From: Podarcis bocagei
Lineage: Eukaryota
Direction: 5' to 3' (one strand)
Assembly: GCA_964188305.1 (NCBI GenBank)
Contig: OZ076894.1
DNA length: 64,000 nucleotides
Shown here: positions 37,617-51,203 of the stretch, piece by piece
How positions within the stretch are numbered: position 1 is the stretch's first letter
Layout: each line of letters begins with the position of its first letter
Notes under the pieces: generated by a model
The model's input: only the letters and a program-made list of their open reading frames with translations
The model's database searches: none
What the model was told of the DNA's origin: nothing
Made by a program: the position numbers and the translations under genes

Positions 37617-40600
37617 CTAAAGCAGAAAAAGCAGAAAATGAAATGATAAGAAACAAGAACAAATTGTTTTTCTTCACATATTAAAACTAACAGAAAATAT
37701 CAGATGGTAATATTGCTAAGGAATCCTTGGTTTTTGTGCCTGAGTTATGCACAATGAAGACTTCAAACAGGCTTTGAAGTTACTGAAAGCCTGTTTAACA
37801 TACAGGAGCCTCAGTGGAAGAGAAAACAGATGGATCTCCAGTTCTGCATATTATTCTTTGAAGTGTGACCAAATCCTGCTGCACATCTAATTTGCTGTTT
37901 CAAAGGGAACATGTTTGGTGGGGATAAATTGCTTCACATTCCGAACTCGCTTCCCATAATCAGGCTAGATTTAGTTCACTCTTATGCGAATGTTATCTCA
38001 GGGGCTCTTGAGATTTTTTAGCACGGGCCTTATCGTCCTGTGAAGAGAGCAGACCTCCTCCACTTATGCTCTTCACTGCATCACATTCTCTGTATTACAA
38101 GGATAAGCTGTAGTGGGAAACAATTATTCTCTGCTGCTACCCTGACATGCTTGGAGCAGAAAATCAAATGGAGCAAGCTGTAAACTACCCTTCTCCCTGA
38201 TATTTTCCCCTTCCAACCCCCTTTTTTGCCCCCCACCCTCTGTAATAGACAGTCAGCATTCTGTGGTCACTGAACATGCTCAGTAATTATTTCACTGTTC
38301 TTAGCTTCCTCACTGGCACGCCCCTTTTTCTTTTAATTTCACCAACTCCCAAAGCTTTCTGATACCTTCCTCTTGGATATGAGCAGTACTATTTTGGCTG
38401 CCTGTACTTGTGAAATAGAAGGAGCAAGTGGTTACCTTGCAACAATATTTATTCATTTAAAAGATTCCTTAGCCGCTCTGCATTGCAAATGTATTTCCAG
38501 AACAGGGAGAAATTAAAACATTTCCAGATGCATTATACAATTACAACCAGCCAGCTAAAACAGCCATCAGTAGCGGCACTGAACTCCACCAAAAGCCTGG
38601 ACGAGTAACCCCTTCTTCAGCTAGCATTAAATGACTTTAAAGAGTTGGCACCAGCCACATCTCGGTGAGGAGGGAATTCTAAAGCTGGGGTGCCACAGTG
38701 CTTTGGGGTGGAGTGTTTCTGTTCAGGATTCCAGTGGCAGTCAGCTTTTCCTATCCAAATAGTAAGCTCAGTCTTCCTTGGGCTGTGGTGGGTGGAATGC
38801 CCAATCCAATCTACATGAAAGTTTTGGATTTTTCCATTGGTTTCTAGGTGCAGCTCTCACTTCTGTTCCTGGAGAGCATGTAAACTTCTCAGTGTAAGCT
38901 TCCAAAGAGCATATACAGACAATGCGATAGTTCACTTTTTATTTTTTTTCAAGATGCTCCATTCTATTCCTCCTTCACAACAGCCAGTCAGCATTCTGTA
39001 GGCACTTAGTCATCACTGGGATGTTTGGGGAGAGGGTGTTCACCTAGCCCCCAAATATTTTTCTGGTATTTTTGTAAACCTCAGGTTTTCCCTGAGTACT
39101 CTTGAATGTGTGTTTCGGCGGTGTAACTACAAGCACTTGAATACCTGAGATCAGTATAAATATAGATAAAACGTTGTAGTGCCAGTCACATTTCTTCTGT
39201 TTGCAACTGCATAGATCTGTTCAATATATAGTTATACATAATAGTGTCAAACAATATTTCTAACTGGCCTTGGCTTAGATGATGGAGACCAAATTCACTT
39301 CAGAACAGGGCTTCTGTCCCTTTTAAGAGCCCTGAAGGTGGGCAACTTTCAGTGGTTGTGGGATTCAAATCATTGTAAATATCTGTGTTGGGGGAAAAGC
39401 AGCAGCTGTGTAATGTCTGCTTGCAGAGCTTTATCAACTCCCTGGTCTTAAACAGAATATTAACAACATTGTTAACACAATAATGGGGCTCTTATATATG
39501 TAATTAGATTTAAAAATAAAATAAGGAATTTCAAAAATGTGGGCATACTTGAGAGATGGCTGTATTCTCCCTCTCTGTAGGGTAATGGACACTTAAGTAC
39601 CATGTTCCCTTACTCTAATCATCTTCTTCCCTACATTTGCTGTTGGTTGCAGGACCTGCAGCGGATACATACTCTAAAGTACTTTAAAGGTCCCATAGTG
39701 ATCATGTGAGCATCACTTGGAGTGTTCAGTGGGCTCATTCAAGTGCACATCTCACCTGCAAGTCTCACAGGGTCTGTGCTCATCTTCTGTATGATTCCAA
39801 ATTCAACTTACAAGGTTAGACTGGTAGCTCATCTGCAGATGATTGGGGTTTGCTACATAAAACCCAGTACAGCTTTTACATTCCCATTTTTTCTCATGGC
39901 CATTTCCTATATTTCTAGTTTAGCCTTAAATTCTACAACTAGTCCTACAGAAAACTGTCAGATGAATTGCTCCTACTTGGTCCATTGTCTCAGGTTCTTG
40001 CCAGCATTGGGACATTCACTGCACACCCACAGACACACTGCATTCCGTTCTGCAGCTCTCACACCAGTTTCCAACCCTTGAGATTACAGATATTATCCTG
40101 CCTTGTAACAAACACTTAACCAAATGTGAGGATCCTCGTATTTCTTTTTGAGAATGAGACAGCTTTTCTTTAGAACCCAATATGGGTAGCAGCAATCCAC
40201 AGAAACTAGGTAAGATTTTCTCAACAAGTCAAAGAGAGTAAAAAATGGTGATGCCACTTCTTTCATATTTAAAATGTCAAATCTCAGAACAGACTTTGTT
40301 ATGAAGTTGCTCTTGTAGAAACTAACAATTCCTATTTTTCTTGAGCCAATGGCAGGGTGTCATGTGACAATTCCTTTGTAACTTCCAGGGATACATTTCG
40401 GTGTTAAAAGCATCGACTCCCAACTTTTCAAGGTCTTACTAAGTCATTCTGAAGCATTCAAATATGAATCTTTCCCATGGCAAACAATTTCCACAAGCAG
40501 CACATCTAGGGGCTTATCTAAAAGCTTTACACAGCCATTAATCACATATCCCATTTCATAAGAGGCTTTCAATTTTTAATTGTGTCTCACAATATTTAAA

Positions 40601-43600
40601 ATATATTGCAGTTGTACCTTATTAAACTTGTAGTCATTTTTATGCCTTTACTGCTCTATTTTTTTTCTGTGAGAGCTTTATCTTATAGGTAGCAACCATT
40701 CACAGATTGATTTCTTGCTCTTCTTAAAACCATTTCTGATTGCTAACTACAAGACTTTTGTACAAGGGCAACTTGTCAGTGGTAATTATGATCACCATCT
40801 CAAACATTTGATCTTTTACTCCCTTAACTACTGGAATTCTCCCTTCTGAGGTCCATCCTCCTTACTTTTAAAATTACATTCCCACCCAGTTTGTTAGTTT
40901 TTCTAATCTATACTCCTGCCTTTCACATTGTACTCTAATAATTTTCAGAACACCCTGAAACCACAGGAGAAATATGTCTCAGATTTAATTTGACAACTAT
41001 GAAATATGTCTGATTTCACATCAAATGCTTTTTACTCTGCCCCTGCTTATTATGTGTTTATGTGAGAAGATAAATAGCTCTTCTGTTAAACAAGAGGCAG
41101 GCTTCTATGTCACACACCACCAGAAATATTCCCAGGTACTGCTCCTTAGAGGCAAAACAGCAAGAAACAGTGGGAGAGCAAAGCTACTTATTTCAACAAC
41201 ATTCCTCCCTCAAAGCGCTGTGATTGGAGAGCCCTGGTAAAACCAGTTGCTCTTATTACAAGCTAAATTTGTCCATCACAAAGGAAATCTCTCCTCGCCC
41301 TGGCATTTTCCTTGTATGGAAAGCTTAGAGAAACAGTTTTGCTTTTAGCATACACAATGACTATATTCACACATCCTTTTATTTTAGAAACAATGAATAT
41401 ATCTCACTTCTTCCAAACTAACCTGAAGACAGAGCTACCACAGCAATGGAAATTATAAAGGGGAAGAAATGGCAGCATAAGAGACAGTGAGGCCAAACAT
41501 CATTTTACTGTGGTATTTTCAAGTTTGTTCTTATGAACACAGCTGCCAAAACACAATTAAGAAGAGTCCAATTTTCCTTGAATGATTCATGCAAGCCATT
41601 GTATTCTGCAATGTGATAAAACCTTTGCAAAGAATTTGAACCTGCCAGAGTAAAATGATAATGCTTCACGAAAAATAACTGAACTAATTGATGTTCATCG
41701 TAGCCTTGTAGAACAGGGAATACCAAAACAGAAAGAAAATACAAATACAGTCACTGAAGAAGAGCACATTTGCAAATTTGGGGCAGAGCTGAGGATGTGA
41801 AGTCAGTAGCACAGCAAGAAAATTGAACAACTAGATGCACATTGAGTGTAGGAGCTACAGAATACATCCTCAGTCTAGTCTCATCTGGCAACACTCTTCG
41901 GATGTGATGCAGAATTTCTGTGTTTCAACGCTGCCCATTAAAAAGCTCAATGCTCAGATAAAAATAGCATGGGGAAAAGTCTACGCTGAATGATATCTAT
42001 GATACCTGTGCTTTCTTCATGGAATAAGCCTTTTGGGAGAGGGGAGAGCATTCAAATCAACTTGGATCCACCTGTCACCCTTGGAGTGGAAGTGCAGTCC
42101 AGTGCTTTACCACCCGATTCTGTTGCATGTGAAAACTGGGCCAGGGTCTCTGATTTTGACGGGGTCAGCGCTAATTCTTTATTGAAAAAATATCCCCCCA
42201 ACTGCCTCCCAGTCATTATGATCCCATGTAGCCTTGAATAAATAAATTCATCAAATGAACTGATGCCTTCCCTTTTGTTGGGTTATTTCATCTGCCTAAT
42301 GTTTGTGTTGGTAGCCACATGGCAGCATGGGGTAGAGGCACTGATCTGCCCTCTTGGCAATTTAGTCACTGCAGCCGGTGGAGGGGAGCATGGCAGCGGG
42401 GAGGGCGGCTCATTGTAGCAGCAGGACTACTGGATTGGCTCAGCTGCTACGTTTGCACCATTTTGATCTCCCTTCCCCTTTCCAGCATGCAGCAGTGATT
42501 CACCTGTTGGAACATTAGTTAATCACTTCTGCCCCACAATGCCATCAACTACGTAGTTTGGTGAATTATGAGCCTGTTTCTGTGTAACTGTAAAAGTCTA
42601 TCATAATGCTATAAATTGCTGATGTTTCACAGTTTTGTTTTTGGTCTTTGGTTTTGTAATGTATTGGGCAGTTTGATTTGTGAACCACTCCGGGATTTTC
42701 TACATTAGGAGCGGTATACAAATGGACCTTATAAATAAATAAAAACAAAGAGATTGGGGGGGGGAATCTTGTGTGAAGGCTTATTTGCATAATCGTTTAT
42801 CTCAACATGACAGCCTCTTCCCTCCCTTCCACTTTTAATTTGCTTGTATGGTCAACACACACAAAAACAATGTGACATGACACAATCAATCAGAGCTGCT
42901 AAATGACATATATTACCTTGCCACGCCACGCCACATACTAAAAATGTGCATTTGTAATCAAGTGGATAATAATAGCAATTTGTTATTAAATAATTATCCC
43001 ATAATGACCATCTTACTGTAAAATAATGTAATAAGAAAGCACTAGGAGGAAAGGTTTCCACCTCCTATCCAAGACTGAGTGCCTGAAGAGACACCACCCA
43101 GAGAGTGAGTTTTCTCTGCCACTTCTGATGACCTGCCCTCCACTTCCTTTGCCTGCAGTCACGAACAGAGCCAGTTTTGCCCCACAGCAGGTGTATGAAG
43201 CAGACAGAGCAGCATCAAGTGATCCTATTCCTATAGTCATTGCGCTGGAGCTGTAAAATCAAAACGGTTGCCTTCAAGTTAGGATCCAGCAAGCCCGTTG
43301 GTTGTGATTTTATTGAGGATTACCAATAAAATGCAAATCTCTCATACCCTATTCCTATGACTAATCAAGAATCCTAAGTACAAATACTGTCTCACAAAGG
43401 GTCCTCCTACATTTTCCCCAGCATTCCTGAATTGTGAGGTTCAAATGAAATGTTCAAAATGTGGCCTGGAAAGAAAGAAAAAAATCCACAATATTTCAGA
43501 CTGGAGGCAAAAAGTGTATTTCAAAGCCCTGAAGCCTTTTCAGATGAATTCCCTCTGGCACATTCCTCTGATATATTGAAAGGGACGATTCTGTTGATCA

Positions 43601-45786
43601 TACCCTTGGCAGTGTTACTATTCTGGCATTATGACACCCTGGAGATTTCTGCATGCCAGAAAAATACCCAAGTCCTCTGCATTTATAACGGAGGCTTTAT
43701 AATTGTGCTCAGATCCTTTCAAGAGCAGCCAAGTGCTAAAAGTTTGTGGATGAAAGTTACAGTGATTTTTTTAAAACCAACTATTAAGGTTTCAGGATGT
43801 CCCACAGTTCAAGGGAGGGTATTGTATTTCATAGCAGAACTCCACAGAGCAGTTACAACAGTGTCAGTGCCTAGTCTTTGAAAGCTTTAGCTGAAAATTT
43901 AATAAGTAATTGTGTATTTTAACTTATCACCAACTCTTTGGATCTAACTTATAGTGAGTCTTTTGGGGGAACCTCAACTGACTGCCAAGAAATTCCTTAT
44001 CAGAGAAAAAGAATACCTAGAGAACTCAGACATCACAAAAAAGGGCTAACCCTACCAGTTTGGATGTTACCTTTTTTGTGGGAGGGAGACTCAACTTGGT
44101 TAGAGTTGCAGTCACACATTACTCTCCCATGCACTCACTGTGGGAAGAAAGTTATGTGGCTGGAGTGTAGTTTCTTATGGCATCTTCCTGATGCTGCAAC
44201 TGTAAATCACAATCTTTTGCAAGTAGAGATCCAAGAGATTGAGTAGGATACCACATTCAAATGAAGAAGCCCCAGTCTCCCTGACAGGGCTGGCATCAGG
44301 GGTGAGCATTGCTGGACCCCTGCCGAGGCCCCCACCCCTGGACACTCCTGCTCCTCAGCCTCTTTGGTCACCTTCCCACTCCCTTTTGTGTTATGTGTTT
44401 TAGTTGGTAAGCTTGCCCTGTTTTAATTGTGTGTGCATAAGCTGCTTTGGCTGAAGAGGGGGTCAAAACACTCCAAATAAATAACTGGTTATGGGCAAGA
44501 TGTGTAAAAAAGTGTAAGGCAAGATGTATTTCCAAACTTTTTCTACACTGGGTGTGGTGTTTCAATGCAACACTACCTTCAGTGCAGCACCAGAGTCCCC
44601 GACAACTCTTGTATAGCTTATATTCCTTTGCAGAATTATGACTGAACCATCACAGATTTAATTGCATCTACTCTACCAAACATAATTTTTAACGTATCAC
44701 ATTTTTGCCTACGTGAAGTTCCTTTTGTGCGTGTTAGAGAAAAAAAGTTGCACAGGTGAGGTATAATAATGCAAATGCTTCATTTGCTGTGAGTCAGAAG
44801 CAGAAACATCTGCAGCATGAAGTAACCAAAGCTGAGCTTGGTGGCCTTTGCAGCAAAACGAGCACAACTTTCTCAGTTGTCTTTTTTTCGTGCTCTTTCA
44901 AAGTTTTCAGTTATATAATGCTGCAGAATAGAGCTGATTGAACTAAACTGATTCATGTATTTGTTCAAGGCTAACTAGCTATCCAGCTAGGTGAAATGAA
45001 GGGAAGCTGTCTGTGGTGAGCCATAGCTGGAAAAAAAGCACCTGATCACAGCCAGAGATAAAAAGCCTGGAGAATATTTGGAACTGAAGGGTGTGGGGAA
45101 GAGAAGTACAGCACAGTGAGAGGCTGAAAGGCAAAGTAAGGAGAAAGGTAAGGGGGGGGGGAGGGATGCTGCAATTGGTTGATTGCATGTGACATATGAA
45201 GGAGGTTTTGCCACAATCAACCTTGGTACTGTTTGAAAAACAGCTGCAATCCGAAACGTATTTAGCAGGAAGTAAGCCCCACTGGCCACAACAGGACTTA
45301 CCTCTCAGCAAACATGCAAAGGGTTGTCAGTAAGTGGCTACAAAAATCCTATACTGACTACGCTGCTTACATTACTCTTTAAAGCTGAAATGTTTGTGAA
45401 TTCATGGAAGTGTTTTAGATGGTAGAATTATCATTTCTTTGTTGGCAGTCTCCTAAGACTCTTACAGTGGACTAAATATTTAAACTGAATTTTCATGTGG
45501 AGTCAAACATTTAGTTTGTATTTTATTTTCATTCTGGGTCACAGGTACAGGCATTTTGGCATAATTTTGATTATATGCAGCTGCTGGGAGAAATCATCCA
45601 AAAAGTACAGCTTTAACGACATCAGCAATACCAAACAGTGCACTTCATTTCCCCCCCTAAAAGAAGTGTTTGTTTTGCATGTTTTTTAGCTCAAGGAGAG
45701 CATGATTCTGTACTGTGTGTGTTCGGGTGCAAAAGATTCAATTTGCATGAAAAGGTGAGCTATTAAGGATCTTGCAGCACAGGGCA

Positions 45787-45933
45787 GGCTGAGATAGCTC
45801 AGTTGGTAAAGCATTAGGCTCTTAACCTCAGGGTTGTAGTTTGAGTCCCACATTGCTCAAAAGCTTTCTGCATTGCAGGAAGTTGGACTAGATGACCCTC
45901 ATGGTCTCTTTCCTCAACAAATTCTATTATTCT
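45787..45933 (+). mobile_element. tRNA(Lys)-derived SINE with CR1-like tail (possibly Squam2)
   Basis: TAGCTCAGTTGG A box, CTCTTAA anticodon-loop remnant, GTTTGAGTCC B box, then TTGGACTAGATGACC...ATTCTATTATTCT. Confidence 0.75.
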
Positions 45934-45937
45934 AAGT

Positions 45938-46192
45938 CAGGGGTAGGCAACCTAAGGCCCGGGGGCCAGATGCGGCCCAATCGCCTTCTCAATCAGGCCC
46001 ACGGATGGTCTGGGAATCAGCGTGTTTTTACATGAATAGAATGTGTTCTTTTATTTAAAATGCATCTCTGGATTATTTGTGGGGCACATGAATTCGTTCA
46101 TTCCCGCCCCCCACCTCCAATATAGTCCGGCCCACCACATGGTCTGAGGGTTGGTGGACCGGCCCACAGCTGAAAAAGGTTGCTGACCCCTG
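45938..46192 (+). mobile_element. hAT MITE
   Basis: TIRs CAGGGGTAGGCAACCT / AGGTTGCTGACCCCTG; 8-bp TSD ttctaagt / ttataagt (7 of 8). Confidence 0.9.
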
Positions 46193-47966
46193 TTATAAGT
46201 TGTAGGTTTCTTGCCAAAAAACCTCTACTGGCATAAGCAAGGTGTAGCCTCCAACCTGCTATTCAGCTCATATGGGATCACATCAGAATGTAAATGCCCA
46301 ACCTTCCTCTGGTTCTAACTTAAATCAAAACCACACTGTTCCACCTATTAATTAGATATGAGAAACCAGAGGTTTCAGGAGGTTCATCCAACAAGTACTG
46401 CAAATCTCACCACAACCTTGGTGGAATCTACACACATATAAAAAAACACATCTAGTGTCACATTTGTATACTGCACTTTACAACACATTTAAAATGTTGT
46501 GGTTTTTTTTGCAGCTGTATAGCTGAGTTCCTAGACACCCATTTGTTAAACAACAGATTCTTTTGGGCAGACATGTGGAAATTGCCCTTTCAGAACCATC
46601 TTTTTGTACAATTAGATTTTCCCACCTAATTCCATCCCCTGCGTTCTCCCACAATTCCTTTTACCCAGCAGTCCCTCCTTCCATTCACCTAAGCTAGTAA
46701 GCTTCTGGGTAGTATCTGCCTTATAATCAACCACTTCTCCAGAACATAAGAAGAACATAAGCAATGATCAGTACTAATTATCTGTCTTTAAATCCTCCTC
46801 TGCTGCCTTTTCAGATTTACCATGAATTTTCGCTTTCCCTCCTCTCCAACTGTGTTAGAGACTCATCTCTTTCTCTCTTCCTGGGAACACTTCAGTAGTT
46901 ATTCCCATGAGCGTAGCCAGGATTTTTGTTAGGGCCAAAGTTGTTGAACTTTTTTGCCCTCCCCCCCCCCGGCTATTCCTATGGTTATTCCCAGCATTCT
47001 TAATAAACTACAGTTCCCAGGATTCTTTGACAGGTAAATTAATGGTGTGTACACAGCTTTCCTGATCAATGTGGAGGAAGGTGGAATCTCCCAAAACTGG
47101 GCTTGAATAACTTAATATGTAACTTCAAGGAAGGAATATTCCCCCTGCCTTCCCCCAGCAATCCAACTCATCTCACATTGCTCCAGAGAAGCTTTCAGGA
47201 GCTGCAGCAGGCCAAGAGTTTCCCTCCATGAAACTTCCTTAACATATAATAGGATCCAAGCCAGCATATACAAAATGCCCAGAGCTATGATTGATCCGTG
47301 GGTTACTGACAGCATGTGCAAACAATGTGCACTCAGTTTGTGTCTTTTTTAATTATTTTCTTTATTTATTAAATTTACATTCTGCTTTTCCTCCCAAAGA
47401 AGTCCAGGGTGGCAAATGAGCCATAAAACAACGAAACAGGTCTGCCTGCTACAAAACCTGATAGTTGTAAGCCTCTTAGCAGATCCACACCATACATTTA
47501 AAGCAGATCCAATGCACATTTAAAGCAAAAGAATCTTGGGAACTATAACTTGCCCCTCAGAGTGTTACCACAATTCCCAGAATTCTTTGGGAGAAGTCAT
47601 GTACTTTAAACATGTGTGCACGTTGTCTCCTGAGGAAGACGGATGCCAACCAATGTCTAAATACCAATTGCTATGAAGCACAGAGCGGGAGATAGCAACC
47701 GTCTTCATGTCTGGGTCGTGGGCTTCCCAGGAGGCATTGGGCTGGCCACTGTTGGCAACAGGACGCTGGGGCTGCTCAAACTTGGAAGGTTTTCACAGAA
47801 TCTGCATGCCCACACATCCACATGTGAGCATAAAATGCCACCCTAGCTCACCCCATCTCCAATTTAATTTGGATTTACCATTGCCATGGAAAATCCATTT
47901 AAAAAAAAATAAAAAACCCTGTTTCCAGCAACACATTTGTGATGGCTGAATGACCCATTTGCAGTA

Positions 47967-48195
47967 CAGTGGTGCCTCGGGTTACTTATGCTTCAGGTTA
48001 CAGACTCCGCTAACCCAGCAATAGTACCTCAGGTTAAGAACTTTGCTTCAGGATGAGAACAGAAATCGTGCTTCAGCGGCGAAGCAGCAGCAGGAGGAGG
48101 CCCCCTTAGCTAAAGTGGTGCTTCAGGTTAAGAACAGTTTCAGGTTAAGAACGGACCTCCGGAATGAATTAAGTACTTAACCCGAGGTACCACTG
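47967..48195. mobile_element. Tc1/mariner (Tigger-like) MITE, same family as 423-648
   Basis: TIRs CAGTGGTGCCTCGGGTTA / TAACCCGAGGTACCACTG; TA on both sides. Confidence 0.9.
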
Positions 48196-50328
48196 TATTA
48201 AGCCCCCATCTAGAAGGAACATGATGTTCTTGGGAATTGCTTTTCTCAGCAAAATACAAGGAAAGGCAAAGACCGTGACTCTCTGTATCTTGACGAGAAA
48301 AGCAGCAATTGAAATATTCATATCCTTCACGAGGCAGAAGAACCAGAGTGCAAGCAGTAGTAGCATATGAAGGAGCACCAAGATTAGGGACATTTCTTTT
48401 AACATACTGCAGGGCAACAAAGTGTATTTTTGGTGCCATCTGCCCCAGCACATCTTACAGTATTAACTGCCGGACATGACCAAAGGCTAGTTAACAAGCT
48501 ACCATTTTTGTATCACCCTAATGGGCTGAAATGAACCAGCCTGGTTATGAGGCTGGTCTAAGGCATCAAACGGGGCCTTTCAGCAGGCAATTGAACATCC
48601 CTCTCACACAGACCAGAGGTTCTATATTTAACAAAGCTGGGCAACTGAAATGGCTCTTCAACCAGAAAGTAATTATTCAGTTCATGAAGCACACTGCTGT
48701 AAATCCTCCCTAAGATTCAAAAAAGGCAGACATATAAGCCACTTGATACTGAATAAAATCTTTTAAAAGGCCACATAGAAGCCATTAAAGTACATTCAGA
48801 AGTCCTCAGCTATTTCCCTAATGGGATTAAAACAGCCACACAATAACTACAAGAAACACGAGGAGAAATTACTGCTAGAAATAAAACGCTGGGGTCTCTA
48901 CCAGGCAGAATGAATGCCAGTGTGCTAAAGATGCCAGCTGTCCTCAGCAGACACATTTGTTCTGGAAATGCATTTCCCTCTCTTTCATTCCCCACCTGGT
49001 CCAACTCACAAGCTGGAAGACAGGGTTATTGGGTACATAAAAACAATTAAACCTTATTTACTGGGATGCGATCAACAAAGCACACCAGATTTAAATTATT
49101 TAAACAGAAAAGCCACAAGCTAATGAAAAAGTATCCTTAGTTTTGAGCTATTTTTTTAACATTGTTGGTCATTCTAATGGACCCATAACATTTATACAGC
49201 CCTGTGCCCTCAGAGTGGCCACTTTTCTTCAATTAGTCTTGACAACATTGAAATCAATGAACATTGTGCAGGAATGTCAGATTTGGTAAACCTCAAATCC
49301 CACATTAATTCTTATGGCTATGGTTTGTTGTTTTCAAACACAAACACACAAACTCACGCACACACACACTCTTAAAAATATGGTGCTTCCAACAAAATTG
49401 ATGAAATCTTTTATAACCTTAACATATCCAATGGCTATATATTTATTCCCACTGGAGAAGGATTCCCATTTGCTATTAACTTGGGATTTTACCGTTCAGC
49501 AACAGAAAAAACATTTATAACTCTTGAAGAATAAGAAGTACATTTATTGCCCCAGGCTGAATAATCTCTCATCATTATGTTTCTACGTACTTTTGGCAGG
49601 GCCAGAAAAAGAGAAAGATATGCAATGATGTACAACATGCAGTACAATACATCAGGTGTGCACTAATGCATTGGGACTAAACCTACCATCATAATCCTTT
49701 CATTTGTAAATCATTATAAAAATACATTTTGTATGCCAGCGGTTTTGTGCAACTTGGTGCTACTTTTATTTGAATTCAGTATTCATTTCCATTAAACAGC
49801 TTCTGCTATTCTTGCACCTCTAATGAGATGGAGAGTGGCCAGAAGTGATCACAATGAACACTACTAAACAGTTTAGGGGTCAGAAAATCTTTTGAATCCA
49901 TGGGTACATTTGCAAACTGAAGAAACTGACGTGGTGACTACACACTCGGCAACCTACTCTATTGGCTACAGTGGAATGTTTTTTGCTAGGCCCCATCCGG
50001 TTGGGGTCCCTTCGGTGGGGAAGGGACCTAGTGGGCAAAGGCTTCTGCAGGTGCACCCTTGGGTGCCATGTTAATGACCCTGATGTAATAACAACAAGCT
50101 GGCAAGGAGAAAAAGAGCTACAAACAAGCTTTGTAGCACAGAGTTGGAAAAATAAATAATGCAGATACGACAAAGGGGGAATGCCAAGACAAGGCAGAGG
50201 ACCCCATAGCTATTTCAACATTGCACTCTTCTAATTGTCAGACAGAATGATCCCCCCTCTTTTCCCCTCACAATACTACGAAGCCAAGCATGCCTCCTAA
50301 AAACAGTATATGATTTTGTGTTACTTAC

Positions 50329-51203
50329 TCAAAAAAAGTTGTCCATCCAGTCTCATCACTTTTCGTTGCTAGGAGTCCACTGTTGCCATGATAGGTAAAC
50401 AAGACTAGCTCCTGCCCTTGGGCTGTCATGCTTTTTAGACATCCATTGGTTCCTATAGTTAGCCAGATAACTTGGTTGTCAGGAGATACCACCCTCACTG
50501 GCATCCGGTTGGGATCTCGCCTTATACGAAGCGTATTTCCATTGCTGTCAGTTACAGCCGTGATGTCGTTGTCGTTACTGTAGCTAAAATTGTACAGATA
50601 GTCTCCTGTGACTAAACTCATTGTGTACTGATGGGTGCCGTTGACATCAAAGATGTAGAGTTCCTGATCGGTTGGAGAGGCAACTTCATAAAAATTCATT
50701 GAAGTCAGCAACGGTTTGTTCTTTGACACAGCTCGTATCCGAATATTTCCAAGATCAGCAATGTACAGCGTTCCATCAGGTGAAGCAGCTAAAGAAGATG
50801 GGGCATTAAGTTTGGCATCTTTAGCATAACCATCACCATTTTGGTAGCAGTCACAGTTAACATCATTTTTGCAATCACACTCGGAGGGTATTCCAGCAAC
50901 TAATGAGATCTCTCCATCAGTTGTGACTTGTCTTATTCTGTTAATCTTTTTTTCATCGGTTTCTGTAATGTAAAGCACTCCACTGTAAGATACAGCAATT
51001 GCTGTGGCTGATTCTAAAGTAGTCTGTACAGCATGTTTCCCCACTGTGTACTCCACTCCAGGAACTTGGCAATGCATTGGCCTCCCAGCAGCAATACGAA
51101 CTTGCCGATTTTCAGTAATCTGAAGAACTACGTTGTTATCTAACACGTATATGGAGTTATCCATTGGATTGATGGCCAAATCCGTTGGCCACTCCAGACG
51201 CAC
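50329..51203 (-). CDS. TENM3: Teneurin-3 exon ([13 protein letters not shown]...GWTTFFD; NHL repeats into start of YD shell)
   Basis: 292-aa ORF; acceptor taaaag|GTG, donor GA|gtaagt; 875 nt, phase 0 to phase 2. Confidence 0.97.

Noticed and set aside
45787-45860. tRNA-Lys(CTT)-like sequence
   Set aside because: Broken stems, mutated B box and a CR1-like tail show it is a SINE head, not a tRNA gene.
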